Positions 37,202 through 47,075 of a stretch of 64,000 bases of DNA are shown here, in pieces. The notes below the pieces were generated by a model. That model ran no database searches and had not been told where the DNA came from. It was given only the letters and a program-made list of their open reading frames with translations. The position numbers and the translations under genes were made by a program. The stretch is from Candidatus Micrarchaeota archaeon (GTDB lineage: Archaea > Micrarchaeota > Micrarchaeia > Micrarchaeales > CABMGC01), in contig JAGDYB010000017.1 in assembly GCA_023270055.1 (NCBI GenBank), positions 6,581 to 70,580 on the forward strand, written 5' to 3'. Every line of letters begins with the position of its first letter. The stretch's first letter is position 1.

Positions 37202-38260
37202 TTAGATCCAGCTACTTATGCCTTTCTGACCCTGTTTACCTCTCAGTTCAACGAGCTTGTCTATGTATTTGCCTATCCTTTCTTCGGTAAAGTCGTGCTC
37301 GTCACACATGAACTTTGTTAGCGCTTCCTTATCGACCTTGCTCTCGCGCTGAATTCTTTCAAGCTCTTCGCCGCTTATGTCAGCCACTTCCGGATTCTCG
37401 AATATCTGCTCTACTTCTGTCGCATCAACATCGATCCATCTGCCGTATTTCTCCCTCACGTATTTCTCTATCTCCTCGATGCTGTTATACTTCTTTACTA
37501 TCTTGAGTGCGTTCATCGGACCTATTCCTTCTATGCCTTCGTCGAAATCTGTGCCGACTAGAATCCCGAGCCAAATGAGCTGCTTTCTGGTTATGCCGAA
37601 CTCATCGAGCAACCTTTTGCTAAATATTCTCTCAAGGCCTATGTCAACATATATGTTTTTCTTGGGCAGCTTGCGCTTGCCCGTTATTGTCAAATTTCTT
37701 ATTGCAACATCGGTGCCAAACAGGAACAGGTCGTAGTCTTGGCTGGCTGCGGCATATACTAGACCCTGCTTCACCATGTTCGCTGCCTGCGCCTCGCCTT
37801 CGCTCGGCGCTTGTATGTAGGGTATGCCCATGAGCCTGAGTACCTCCTTTGAGGTAGCGATAATCTCCTTGCTTATCCTGCTGCTTGCCATTGCGTACGT
37901 GCGCGCCTCCTCGAGCAAGCCTTTCTCCTTCGCCCTTTGCCACTCCTCATATGCATTTTCCCTCCTGCTCATGCGGGCCTCAAGGGTTTTGGATTTGAGT
38001 TGCGGCGGAGTTCCGTCGAATATATATATGGGGCGTATGCCATGCTCCATCAAATTTATGCTGCGGTAAAACAAGCCGGACAAATGGCTGGTGACCATGT
38101 TCTTCGAATCGGTAAGCGGGGTGCCGTCTGGCTGCCTTATTATGGATATGAACTGGTATATGGTGTTGTATGCATCTATCGCTATGCTTTTCCCACTCAA
38201 CTCGTCAAAAGATATGGTTTCCTTTACCTTTGCAACAAGCTTTCCTATATCTACAGCCAT
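37202..38260 (-). CDS. fen: flap endonuclease 1
   Basis: IYIFDGTPP, APSEGEAQAA, SQDYDLFLFG, GTDFDEGIEGIGP, and a C-terminal PIP-like QKGISSWI. Start trimmed to MAVDIGKLV at 38260, which leaves no overlap with the upstream gene. Confidence 0.92.
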   Translation of the reverse strand: MAVDIGKLVAKVKETISFDELSGKSIAIDAYNTIYQFISIIRQPDGTPLTDSKNMVTSHLSGLFYRSINLMEHGIRPIYIFDGTPPQLKSKTLEARMSRRENAYEEWQRAKEKGLLEEARTYAMASSRISKEIIATSKEVLRLMGIPYIQAPSEGEAQAANMVKQGLVYAAASQDYDLFLFGTDVAIRNLTITGKRKLPKKNIYVDIGLERIFSKRLLDEFGITRKQLIWLGILVGTDFDEGIEGIGPMNALKIVKKYNSIEEIEKYVREKYGRWIDVDATEVEQIFENPEVADISGEELERIQRESKVDKEALTKFMCDEHDFTEERIGKYIDKLVELRGKQGQKGISSWI

Positions 38261-38264
38261 AAAA

Positions 38265-38780
38265 CTACTTCTTTCGCTTTTCGAACGCAGCGTCTCCCAG
38301 CGTAATCTCCTTCTGCTGCTTGTACGCGCCTTGGCGTGAAGTACTGCTAGGCTCAACATTTTGTTCGGTTATTTTTATACCCAGCTCCTTTTCGAGCTTC
38401 TTGGTAAGCTTTATTGTCGGCAGCGTCTTCTGCTCTTCCACTCTGAGCAAGGTGCTTTCCTTTTCGCTTATTCTCTCCGCAAGCACCTTCAGCGGCAATT
38501 TCAGCGCTTCCCTTGCATTTCTTATTATGCTGCCATAGTTATCGACAAGGTTTCCACCTTCCTCTTCAAGATTGTTACCTTGCATGGATGCAGGAGCCCT
38601 CGGCACCGCACCTTTAGTGCGAGCTGCTGATGAATGGCTCGATTCCGCAGGTATCGTCTCGACGAGCTTCTTTCCCTTGGCGCATGAGGAGCAGAGATGC
38701 ATTACCGCACCTTCCACCTCGCACACGTACACATCTCCGTTTATGACCTTCCCGCATATATCGCAGGTCTCCATTGTCAC
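38265..38780 (-). CDS. mbf1: archaeal MBF1-type zinc-ribbon + HTH (XRE) protein
   Basis: 171 aa. N-terminal CDICGK...CSSCAK zinc ribbon. C-terminal IIRNAREALKLPLKVLAERISEKESTLLRVE helix-turn-helix. Confidence 0.8.
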   Translation of the reverse strand: MTMETCDICGKVINGDVYVCEVEGAVMHLCSSCAKGKKLVETIPAESSHSSAARTKGAVPRAPASMQGNNLEEEGGNLVDNYGSIIRNAREALKLPLKVLAERISEKESTLLRVEEQKTLPTIKLTKKLEKELGIKITEQNVEPSSTSRQGAYKQQKEITLGDAAFEKRKK

Positions 38781-38807
38781 ACCTAAATATGCCGTCCTAT
38801 TTTATAT

Positions 38808-40304
38808 TTGTTGTGTAAAATATATAAAGATACGAACCAGTTGATGTTCATGCAAAGGGGCAAACATTTTTCACACACTAGGACAATTAATTTGGTTGTT
38901 GTTTTGGCGACGGTATTCAGCATATACCTTCTTTGGATATCAAACATAAACGTAATAGCGAAATGGGTTGCAGCACTAATCGCGCTCTCGGTCTCTAGCG
39001 AGGCAATAATGTATCTAAACCAGTTCAAGGGGTATTTCATATTTTACATGCTCGCAACGAGGAAAATGTTCCTAAAGTTCATAGACAACATTTCTAAAAA
39101 GCACAAGAAGTTTTGGCTTTTTTTTGCTGAATGGGGCCTCGCCGTGGGCTTCGGTGCACTTGCGTATTATATGTTCAAGAAGAGAATAGGTAAAAAGACC
39201 ATTGCCACATCGCTACTAACCATTTTCGTGCTCATATACGTAATGTTGCCGTATTCAGCACTGGCGCTGAACCTGATAAACATACCGAACATGAATACGC
39301 AGCTTGCCGCGCAGGCGTCTTCTTCGACCCCTGCAACCGAAATGCTCACCACGGTTATATACATGGCGGCAAGCATTATTGGCGGGCTTGCCACGCTTAT
39401 TTATATCTTAATAGTGTACGGCGCCGCTCACGTGCTCTATACGCTTGCAATGTTCGCACATAGCGTACAGGTTGGTGCACCGAACACGAAAATTCTTTCC
39501 ACGCAAATCGCCTATGTGTATCCTGTAATACCAGGCATTGACATGCCATTGATTGCGGGTATAATCGCGCTCGTAATAGTATTGGTGGTACACGAGTTCT
39601 CGCACGGCATACTGGCCAGGATAGCCAAGATAAGGCTCAAGTCCATAGGTCTTCTTATGTTCGGTCTCATACCTGTCGGCGCGTTTGTGGAGCCTGATGA
39701 AAAGGAGGTAATGAAAAAGAACAGCATGGTACAGGATAGGATACTTGCCGCAGGCATATCCGCAAACATACTTGTCACCATAATACTGTTTGTTGTACTC
39801 ATCCCGCTCCTTTTCGTGCTGCCTTCGTTTATGTCAACAAGAGTCGTGGTGACCGGAACCGTGGCTGGGGCACCTGCACACGTGGTGCCGCTCAACGCAC
39901 AGATCATAACGTGGAACAACTACAAGGTAGACAACATATCTGACGCAGAGAAGGCGGCTGCAACGGACAAGCCTGGAGGCGTTGTCACGCTTGGAACTAG
40001 CGCAGGAAATTTCACACTGATAGCAAACAGCACAGGCAAGATAGGAATTTATGTAGAGCAAATATCAACGCCGGTACAGGGTAGCTTTTCCAGCGGGGCC
40101 ATCAATTTCGCGTACGAGGTAGTCGTGCTAGCATTCATACTCAACCTGCTTGTTGCAATGGTAAATCTTTTGCCCATTCCGGGATTCGACGGCTGGAGAA
40201 TCTACGAGCTGGAGATAAAAAACAAGAAGCTTGTTACCGCGGCAACTGCACTTATACTGATTTCGCTGATGATAAGCGTGCTGCCCATATTCTGGCAATA
40301 TTGA
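38808..40304 (+). CDS. site-2 protease family (M50) membrane metalloprotease with PDZ-like insert
   Basis: 498-aa ORF. HEFSHGILAR (HExxH) inside a TM helix, a soluble insert, and the C-terminal NLLPIPGFDG motif. The start codon is uncertain because several in-frame Met codons exist. Confidence 0.75.
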   Translation: MLCKIYKDTNQLMFMQRGKHFSHTRTINLVVVLATVFSIYLLWISNINVIAKWVAALIALSVSSEAIMYLNQFKGYFIFYMLATRKMFLKFIDNISKKHKKFWLFFAEWGLAVGFGALAYYMFKKRIGKKTIATSLLTIFVLIYVMLPYSALALNLINIPNMNTQLAAQASSSTPATEMLTTVIYMAASIIGGLATLIYILIVYGAAHVLYTLAMFAHSVQVGAPNTKILSTQIAYVYPVIPGIDMPLIAGIIALVIVLVVHEFSHGILARIAKIRLKSIGLLMFGLIPVGAFVEPDEKEVMKKNSMVQDRILAAGISANILVTIILFVVLIPLLFVLPSFMSTRVVVTGTVAGAPAHVVPLNAQIITWNNYKVDNISDAEKAAATDKPGGVVTLGTSAGNFTLIANSTGKIGIYVEQISTPVQGSFSSGAINFAYEVVVLAFILNLLVAMVNLLPIPGFDGWRIYELEIKNKKLVTAATALILISLMISVLPIFWQY

Positions 40305-40325
40305 TACTGATGCACAGCTTTCAAG

Positions 40326-40829
40326 CTACCATGGGACTTTTTTTAGATTGAGCACATATGCGCCGGCATTGGTAAGCTTGTGCAATATGCCGGTAAGAAT
40401 CACAAGGAATAACAGCCCGTATACATTCGGCATGTTGCCGGCGGGATATGCGAAGGCGAGCGCGAAAACAAAAAACAGGTACTGGTCCATCAACACCATG
40501 CTGCTGCCAGATTCCATTCCAAGCCTTCTCTTGACAAAGCTGCCGGTCAGATCACCGAGGTGTGTGCCAAAGCTTTCAAGAACGCCGACTACGAGCATGT
40601 ATGAAAAGCCGGGCACAATGCTTTCTAGCGTGCCGGTTGCTATGCCGAGCATTATGCCGATCGCAAGCCCGCGTATCGTTTTGTTTGGCCCGAATATGTA
40701 GCTTTTGCCAATTTTTTTCCCGAAATCCAAGGGCTTTCCGCCGCCGAAGATTACCGGTGCGCCGTTGGCTATGTATGCGGGAAGTATGTAAAACAGCGGA
40801 TACAGTATGAAATCGAAAAGAGCGTTCAT
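40326..40829 (-). CDS. carS: CDP-archaeol synthase (CarS, DUF46)
   Basis: 167 aa. PAYIANGAPVIFGGGKPLDFG...NKTIRGL and the downstream FVKRRLG block typical of CarS. Confidence 0.78.
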   Translation of the reverse strand: MNALFDFILYPLFYILPAYIANGAPVIFGGGKPLDFGKKIGKSYIFGPNKTIRGLAIGIMLGIATGTLESIVPGFSYMLVVGVLESFGTHLGDLTGSFVKRRLGMESGSSMVLMDQYLFFVFALAFAYPAGNMPNVYGLLFLVILTGILHKLTNAGAYVLNLKKVPW

Positions 40830-40833
40830 TGTA

Positions 40834-43494
40834 TTACTTCAGCCTGCCTTCGGCTATTCTGTCCTTTCCGCCGCCGGTGAAATTTCCGTCAAGCTTTTCC
40901 TTTGCGAAATCTATTGCCGCTATTCCAGAATCTTCGCCGGCAATGCACACGAATTCCTTGTTGCTGTTTGTCAAAAGTACAACTGCGGTGCTGTCGTCTT
41001 CCACCACTTGCGTAGCAACCTTTCTCATCAGCCCCCTGTCAGCATTGCCAAGATCAAGCACAATGCGCCCCTTTCCTTTAAGGTTCTTGGCTATGAGCCC
41101 AGCAACCAGGTCGTTGTATTCGCCTAGCTTTTTGTACATTGCCCTGTACGAGTCCATGTTTGAAAGCACGGCTTTGTAGCTGCCGAGCTTCTCTGCATTT
41201 AGCGCCTTCGCTATGTTCGAAAGCTCGTTATCGACCTTGTCGAAATAATCAAGCGCCGCTGCGCCAGCCACGAATTCTATGCGGTCTATGCCATCATGCG
41301 CCCTGTACGTGTTTATGATCTTCACCATGCCAAGCATCTGCTCCCTGCCCGCAAGATGCAAGCCGCCACATGCTTCTGCATCTATAAGCTCGCCTTTTGA
41401 TGTCGATATTGTGACTATCCTGAGCTTTTTCGACGGAACGCCATGACCCTGGTATATGGTAAAACCGTATTTCGCCTCTGCATCGCCGCGCTCCATCTCC
41501 TTTACATCCACTTTTATGCCTTCCGCTATGTAGCCGTTCGCGCAGCGCTCTATCGCTTCTATCTGCTCCTCGGTAAGCTTGTCGTAATGCGTTATGTCAA
41601 GCCTTGCCTTGTCGTAGTCTTTAGTAGTGCCCTCCTGCCACACATGCTTGCCTAATACCTTCCTTGCACACGCGTTTACCAGATGGGTCGCGGTATGATG
41701 CACCATGAGCCTGCGGCGACGCTCCACGTCAACCACCGCTTCTACATCGCCTCCCGGCTTCAGCTCCCCATCGACATCTTTTGACATAACGTGCACAATA
41801 ATTCCACCAACTTTCTGCACGTCGACTACCTTTATGCCGTTTATGGTGCCGTGGTCAGCCAGCTGGCCGCCTCCTTCAGGATAGAATGGTGTTTTGTCGA
41901 GCACAACATGCCTCTTTTTTGCGAAGAGCACTTTCGCCGACGCTTTTTCGGCATAATCGTAATAAAGCGGCTTTGTTGCAGGAAGTTCAGGCAGCTCTAC
42001 GTCAATCTTCTTTGCCTTTTCCTTCTTTGCGAAATCGCCTTCTAGTATGCCGCTGTATACATTCTCTGGCAACTCTATGCGTATACCCTTCTTGGCGGCG
42101 GCATTTGATATGAATTCCGGCGTTATGCCGTAGCTTTCGTAAAGCACCTTCAGCTCGTTCCTGTCTATGCTCTTCTTGCTCTTGAGCAGCTGCTCTACCG
42201 TTTTGGACGCCAGCTCCTTGCTTTTCGCAAAGCGCTCCTTTTCGATGTCGAGCACCTTGTCGAATATGTCAAGATTCTGGTACAGCTCGCTATAAAGGTT
42301 TTTCAGCTCCGCTGCCTCTAAGCGCGCAACCTCCTTCAAATCTATGTCAAACTTGTATTTGTCTATGAATTCAAGGGCGCGCCTTAGTATAATTCTCAGG
42401 TTGTAGCCGCCGCCCACGTTTGAAGGCAGGGCGCCGTCTGCTATGGCAAAGAGAAGGGTTCTCGTATGATCCAGTATGGCGTAGAATGCCTGCATTGGCT
42501 TCACCTCCTTCTCGTATGTCTCGCTTGTTATGCCTGCCTGCTTTAGCAACGCCGCCTCCCTTTCCCTTTCGTTCTTGATCTCGGTGACGTCGAGTTCAGC
42601 GGAGACAGAAGCAAACCTCTTGAAGGACTCGCTTTCGAAATTGAGCCCAACCCTGCCCTTGAGCTTTTCTATCGTGTTGCTGAAAGTTGAATAGTACGCA
42701 TTGTCAAAGCCGGAATAGAACCAAAGGAGCCTTTCGAACCCCCAGCCAACATCGACAACCTTGCCTGGAAGCTCTTTGACCATGCCGTTTGAATATTCGT
42801 ACTGCGTGAATACGCTGTTGACCAGTTCGAGTCCGTTCGAGAAACTTTCGAGGCACGGGCCAAATTCGGAGAAGTCGCCCATTGCCCATGCATCTTCATG
42901 ATACACCAGGTCCTCGTCTTTCACGCCAAGCACTTTCGTGAGAAACTCGTAATTGAGTTCTATGGTCTTGTCCCTCCAGTACCCCTCGTCGGGCCAATTG
43001 AATGCGTGCTGTCCAGCCATCATGAAGCCGGTGAAATGCCGGCCTGTGACGCCGACGTTCTCTATGTCGGTGAACCTTAAGCATATCTGCGGCACAATCA
43101 GCGGGTTTTCGCTATACTCGAATTCCATCTTTCCGTTTTCTATCCTCTGAAAATCCTGTATGCTTGCTATCGTGAAGTAGAGGTCCTGCCTCCACCTGCT
43201 CACCACTGGATACCTCTTTATCACCTTGTGCCCGTTCTTCCTGAAAAAGCTGTCGAACTTTTCCCAGAACTCCTCGTACGTCGTCCTTATTGGCTTTTCC
43301 TTGAAAAAGGAATAGGGCTCGTGGTCGCCGCAAACGTCCCTATCGCTTATGCTCCAGAAATACCTGCCGCATATTTTGCATTTTCTTCTTTTGAACCCCT
43401 TCTCATCGAAAAGCTTCGTTGAGTAGTACTTCTCGTAGTGCTTGCTAAACTCCTCCCTGAGATACTCCTTGTTGGGCTTGAAATCTTCCATCAT
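40834..43494 (-). CDS. alaS: alanyl-tRNA synthetase
   Basis: Archaeal-type N-terminus (KCKICGRYFWS), class II core, editing-domain HHTATHL and CGGLH, and a C-terminal DHHA1-like domain. The start is set at the ATG that overlaps the upstream stop as ATGA. The ORF track extends to 43551. Confidence 0.93.
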   Translation of the reverse strand: MMEDFKPNKEYLREEFSKHYEKYYSTKLFDEKGFKRRKCKICGRYFWSISDRDVCGDHEPYSFFKEKPIRTTYEEFWEKFDSFFRKNGHKVIKRYPVVSRWRQDLYFTIASIQDFQRIENGKMEFEYSENPLIVPQICLRFTDIENVGVTGRHFTGFMMAGQHAFNWPDEGYWRDKTIELNYEFLTKVLGVKDEDLVYHEDAWAMGDFSEFGPCLESFSNGLELVNSVFTQYEYSNGMVKELPGKVVDVGWGFERLLWFYSGFDNAYYSTFSNTIEKLKGRVGLNFESESFKRFASVSAELDVTEIKNEREREAALLKQAGITSETYEKEVKPMQAFYAILDHTRTLLFAIADGALPSNVGGGYNLRIILRRALEFIDKYKFDIDLKEVARLEAAELKNLYSELYQNLDIFDKVLDIEKERFAKSKELASKTVEQLLKSKKSIDRNELKVLYESYGITPEFISNAAAKKGIRIELPENVYSGILEGDFAKKEKAKKIDVELPELPATKPLYYDYAEKASAKVLFAKKRHVVLDKTPFYPEGGGQLADHGTINGIKVVDVQKVGGIIVHVMSKDVDGELKPGGDVEAVVDVERRRRLMVHHTATHLVNACARKVLGKHVWQEGTTKDYDKARLDITHYDKLTEEQIEAIERCANGYIAEGIKVDVKEMERGDAEAKYGFTIYQGHGVPSKKLRIVTISTSKGELIDAEACGGLHLAGREQMLGMVKIINTYRAHDGIDRIEFVAGAAALDYFDKVDNELSNIAKALNAEKLGSYKAVLSNMDSYRAMYKKLGEYNDLVAGLIAKNLKGKGRIVLDLGNADRGLMRKVATQVVEDDSTAVVLLTNSNKEFVCIAGEDSGIAAIDFAKEKLDGNFTGGGKDRIAEGRLK

Positions 43495-44351
43495 CCGGAC
43501 CACCACACCTTGCACTGCTTGCCAAAAAACCTGCATCGTTGGCATTTCCATTTTTCGCTCTCCGGAACAGGCTGCGACTCGCGCTCGCCGTTCCAGAAGC
43601 CCATTGCATGCCTTATTATCCCGTCGAGCTCGCCCTTGTCGTAGGTTATTCGCACCCGCTCCGTTTCAGAGTTTGAAGACCGGTCTATATAGTCTATTTC
43701 TAGGGTATTGCTTACCGGAGGCAATGCACTCAACTGCTCAAACAACATCTTGTAAATGCCTTCCAAGTCAAGTTCGACCCCTATGCCAAGCTTTGATACC
43801 TCTTCCTTGAACTCGCTCGACATGCTCATGTTTTTTAAGCCGTATATATTATAAAAATTTTTGTATGTATAGCGCTGCGACCTTATATCATCGAGCATCA
43901 TCTTATAAAGCATGACTTGTATCTTGTGCAGCGACAGCGTCGCGCTGTTGATCTTGCCGCCAGTTTTGGTTTTCGTCTCGGAAACAACGGTCTCTGCATT
44001 TTCAATTCTCAGCTCATCGATTTGCCCCGTAAGCCTGTAGCCGTTTATGGAGCCGAATATCATTATTTCCCTTGCAACCTTTTTGCTAGGAAGGTTGGCA
44101 AGAGCACTATAGCCTTCGTAGCCAACCTTGTACAAAAAATCTGCGTAGTTTACCGGCTGGGCCTCGAGCTTCACGTACAACGGCTTGTGCAATTCCTCGT
44201 GTATTTCGTTTCCCTTTTTCATTGTATCCGTCTGGGTTTTGCCGTAGATGTAGTTGAGCTCCGTCTGTCTTTCGCACCAGTATTGGGACGCAATGTCTGT
44301 AACGGATATGCCACTTTTTCCAAGCCTTGCCAGTACGCTGCTGCCGCTCAT
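43491..44351 (-). CDS. Cas4/RecB-like PD-(D/E)XK nuclease with four-Cys (Fe-S) signature, orphan
   Basis: 286 aa. First Cys in QYWCERQ, D...SETK (D/ExK core), Q..Y in HKIQVMLYKM, and C-terminal KCQRCRFFGKQC. No other cas gene and no repeat array in the window. Confidence 0.65.
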   Translation of the reverse strand: MSGSSVLARLGKSGISVTDIASQYWCERQTELNYIYGKTQTDTMKKGNEIHEELHKPLYVKLEAQPVNYADFLYKVGYEGYSALANLPSKKVAREIMIFGSINGYRLTGQIDELRIENAETVVSETKTKTGGKINSATLSLHKIQVMLYKMMLDDIRSQRYTYKNFYNIYGLKNMSMSSEFKEEVSKLGIGVELDLEGIYKMLFEQLSALPPVSNTLEIDYIDRSSNSETERVRITYDKGELDGIIRHAMGFWNGERESQPVPESEKWKCQRCRFFGKQCKVWWSG

Positions 44352-44595
44352 TCAAATTCCTCGTGCATTGTATTTGTTATCACGCTTGATACAAACGCGG
44401 CAGGCATGTTGACACCAGATATTTAATAACCAGTTTCACATTATGTGCTGCTTGACACGGTGGCGCACAATTATGGCACGACGTGCATGCACAATCTTTT
44501 ACTTTTCAGACCGCCTATCTATCTTCATCGCATACGCTCGGCGATTACCTCTTTCATCACATACTATTTTATTTGTTATAAAAGTTAATAGACTT

Positions 44596-45258
44596 ATGCA
44601 CTTGCAATTAGACGACATAGATTTGTTTATATTCGATTGGGATGGAACGCTCAGCACCTCAACCTTTATAGTTAGGCTCAGCCATTACTTCAAGAGCAGG
44701 TACAGGCTGGATTCCTTGGAAAGGTACTTGGCCGAGCACGCGGAGGATGAGGGGATGATCCCGAACGTGGAATTGAGGAACATGGATGCCGCAGAAAGAA
44801 AGAACAGTTTTTATTCGCGCTTTTATGAATTGTATGCCCTTATATACAAGCCAAGGCTCAAAAGGAACGCTGTTGATGTGCTAAAGTTCCTAAAAGCACA
44901 CAAAAAGAAGGTGGCTATATTCTCGGACGGAAAAACCGACAGGCTATTCAAGGAGATACGCGATCTTGGCATTTCGAAGTATATAGACATCGTACTTGCA
45001 GCTGATTACATAAAAAAGTACAAGCCAGACCCAACAGGAATAAAGCTCATAGAAAGGCAGCTAGGTGCTAGCAAAGAACGCAGCCTATACATAGGTGATA
45101 TGGCCGTAGATGCCGCCGCCGCAAAGCTTGCCGGCACAAAGGTATGCAGCATATGCGACGGCATAGACCCATGCGAAAAGCTTAAAAAGATGAACCCGGA
45201 TTACATCATGCGCAACCTCGAAGAATTTTACAAGGAACTGGCGATTAGACGAAGCTGA
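44596..45258 (+). CDS. HAD-superfamily phosphatase
   Basis: FIFDWDGTL (DxDGT), FSDG (motif II-like), and K...YIGDMAVDAAAA (motif III). Start trimmed to ATG 44596; the ORF track starts at 44443. Confidence 0.8.
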   Translation: MHLQLDDIDLFIFDWDGTLSTSTFIVRLSHYFKSRYRLDSLERYLAEHAEDEGMIPNVELRNMDAAERKNSFYSRFYELYALIYKPRLKRNAVDVLKFLKAHKKKVAIFSDGKTDRLFKEIRDLGISKYIDIVLAADYIKKYKPDPTGIKLIERQLGASKERSLYIGDMAVDAAAAKLAGTKVCSICDGIDPCEKLKKMNPDYIMRNLEEFYKELAIRRS

Positions 45259-45312
45259 ACTGCAATGCTTATATATCACCTTGCCCATATGTTATTTTGG
45301 GTGGGGGATGGA

Positions 45313-46938
45313 ATGAGGGAGAGTAGAGCACAGGCTAGCTTCGAGTACATAATAACGTACGTGATGTTATTCCTTATACTCGTGCTTGTCGTGTATATAC
45401 TCCTCAGATACGCTTCGCTTTCCTCTACAGTCATGCCTTACAAGTGTGTGTTCGACTACGGAATAAACTGCGTCGCCGTGCTTGTCGCTTCGAACAGCAC
45501 AAGCACAGTTGTTGCGCTGCTCGGCACAAACATGCTTGAGTATGAGCTTGCCGCGCCGGAACTCAACGCGACGATTGGAGGAAAAGCGTATTCCACAAAT
45601 TGCATACCAAACGGGATCAAACCGGGCCAGCTTGTAATGTGCATACTCAAGCTGCCAAAGCAATTGCCGGTTGGAAGTTATACGCAAGGCAGCCTAATTT
45701 TCAGCGCGGAAAATTGCGGCATGCACTTCGGAGCCTGCAAATCTGGGATCATGCAAAAGTTCGACGGCAACTATTCAACAAACACAAAGCTCATGCTTCA
45801 GCCAAAAATAGGGCTTGTTTTGAGCAAGTCGGCAAACGTAACAAACATGAACAACACCATAAAGGTTGATATTGCCCTTGATGTCCTCGGTTATATGTTC
45901 ACGGTGCAGAATCCGATAATAACGTCAAGCAACCCGTACATAAGCATAATTTACAATTCCACGCAACCAGGCGTTGCGTATATATCGTCAAACGGCACGA
46001 TAGGAAATACTTCGATAACTTTCTCGTATGCAGGATTTACAGCAAACACCTCTGTCAAGTTTGTGCCTGCTGGAGAGGACCTGTTCGTTACGAACTTCGC
46101 ATCTGGAAACGTAACTTTGGTGAATACCTCTTCTGGCAACATATCCAATTTTGCAGATATAAATATGCCGTCAAGCGACGCCATTACGAATGCAGGGCAA
46201 CTTTACGTTGCCGATGCTTTTGACAACAGGATTTATGTACTGAATACAACTTCTGCAACAACCGTCGCCGACATTGGTGTTGGAACGCTGCCCATGTCAG
46301 TCGCAACCGACAATGCAAACGGACGCGCCTATGTTGCAAATGCGGGTTCGGGAAACGTTACGGTAATTGATACGCAAACAAAAGGCATAATAGGTAACAT
46401 CAAGGTCGGATATTATCCTGACTATGTTGCTGTGAGCGGCAACGGAAACACGGTTTTCGTGCTTAACCTGCTTTCCGGCAGCATATCTGTCATAAACGCA
46501 TCTACAGACCAAGTAACGAGCACCATACAGCTTGAACACATACCTTTCTCGCTAGCATCAAACTATAACGGAAGCGAGATATTTGTTACAGAGCCTGCGG
46601 TGCATGAGGTCGCACTAATCGCAGTTAAAACAGGCAAGGCGCTGGCCAACTTCACAGTAGGCAGCTTGCCTGCTGAGGTAGCATACGGCGGAAGCAATAT
46701 TTACGTAACAGACATAAGCAACAGCAAAGTGTATATTGTGAATTCGACGTCAGGAAGCGTGGAAGCGTCGGCGAATACGGGCCTGCTGCCACTCTTCATA
46801 ACGCTCTACGGAAAGAATGTGTATGTGGCGGATGCCGGTACGAACAACGTTGATGTGCTCAATACCACTTCCGATGCAGTGAGCGGCGTGTTCAATACGG
46901 GCCTGTTTCCGTCTAGCATAGCGGTAATGCAGAGCTAG
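45313..46938 (+). CDS. surface protein: class III (pilin-type) signal peptide fused to a YVTN-repeat beta-propeller
   Basis: MRESRAQASFEYIITYVMLFLILVLVVYILL N-terminus, with the same R/K-A-Q-x-S-x-E pattern as the pilins at 58.9-61.8 kb. C-terminal repeats are YVANAGSGNVTVID, VFVLNLLSGSISVIN, IYVTDISNSKVYIVN and VYVADAGTNNVDVLN. Many N-x-S/T sequons. GGTGGGGGATGGA precedes ATG 45313. Confidence 0.7.
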   Translation: MRESRAQASFEYIITYVMLFLILVLVVYILLRYASLSSTVMPYKCVFDYGINCVAVLVASNSTSTVVALLGTNMLEYELAAPELNATIGGKAYSTNCIPNGIKPGQLVMCILKLPKQLPVGSYTQGSLIFSAENCGMHFGACKSGIMQKFDGNYSTNTKLMLQPKIGLVLSKSANVTNMNNTIKVDIALDVLGYMFTVQNPIITSSNPYISIIYNSTQPGVAYISSNGTIGNTSITFSYAGFTANTSVKFVPAGEDLFVTNFASGNVTLVNTSSGNISNFADINMPSSDAITNAGQLYVADAFDNRIYVLNTTSATTVADIGVGTLPMSVATDNANGRAYVANAGSGNVTVIDTQTKGIIGNIKVGYYPDYVAVSGNGNTVFVLNLLSGSISVINASTDQVTSTIQLEHIPFSLASNYNGSEIFVTEPAVHEVALIAVKTGKALANFTVGSLPAEVAYGGSNIYVTDISNSKVYIVNSTSGSVEASANTGLLPLFITLYGKNVYVADAGTNNVDVLNTTSDAVSGVFNTGLFPSSIAVMQS

Positions 46939-47075
46939 ATAGGCAAAAGGGAACGCTGCGCTTCCAGTGGGGAGCAGCTTCCGAACCCACAAAACGATAG
47001 ATTTATAAATGAGTAGATATATTATATACCCGACGTAGTAAGCGTAAATCGCTGATTCTACAGAGGAAAATAACT

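Noticed and set aside
37185-37228. TGATGA ... CTGA pair suggesting a C/D-box sRNA between hsp20 and fen.
   Set aside because: The putative C box is preceded by T rather than a purine. There are no internal C'/D' boxes, the spacing is only 33 nt, and the CTGA lies inside the fen coding region.
43491-44351. Possibility that the Cas4-like gene marks a CRISPR-Cas locus.
   Set aside because: I found no direct-repeat array and no other cas-like ORF (Cas1, Cas2, effector) anywhere in the 64 kb. It is annotated as an orphan nuclease only.
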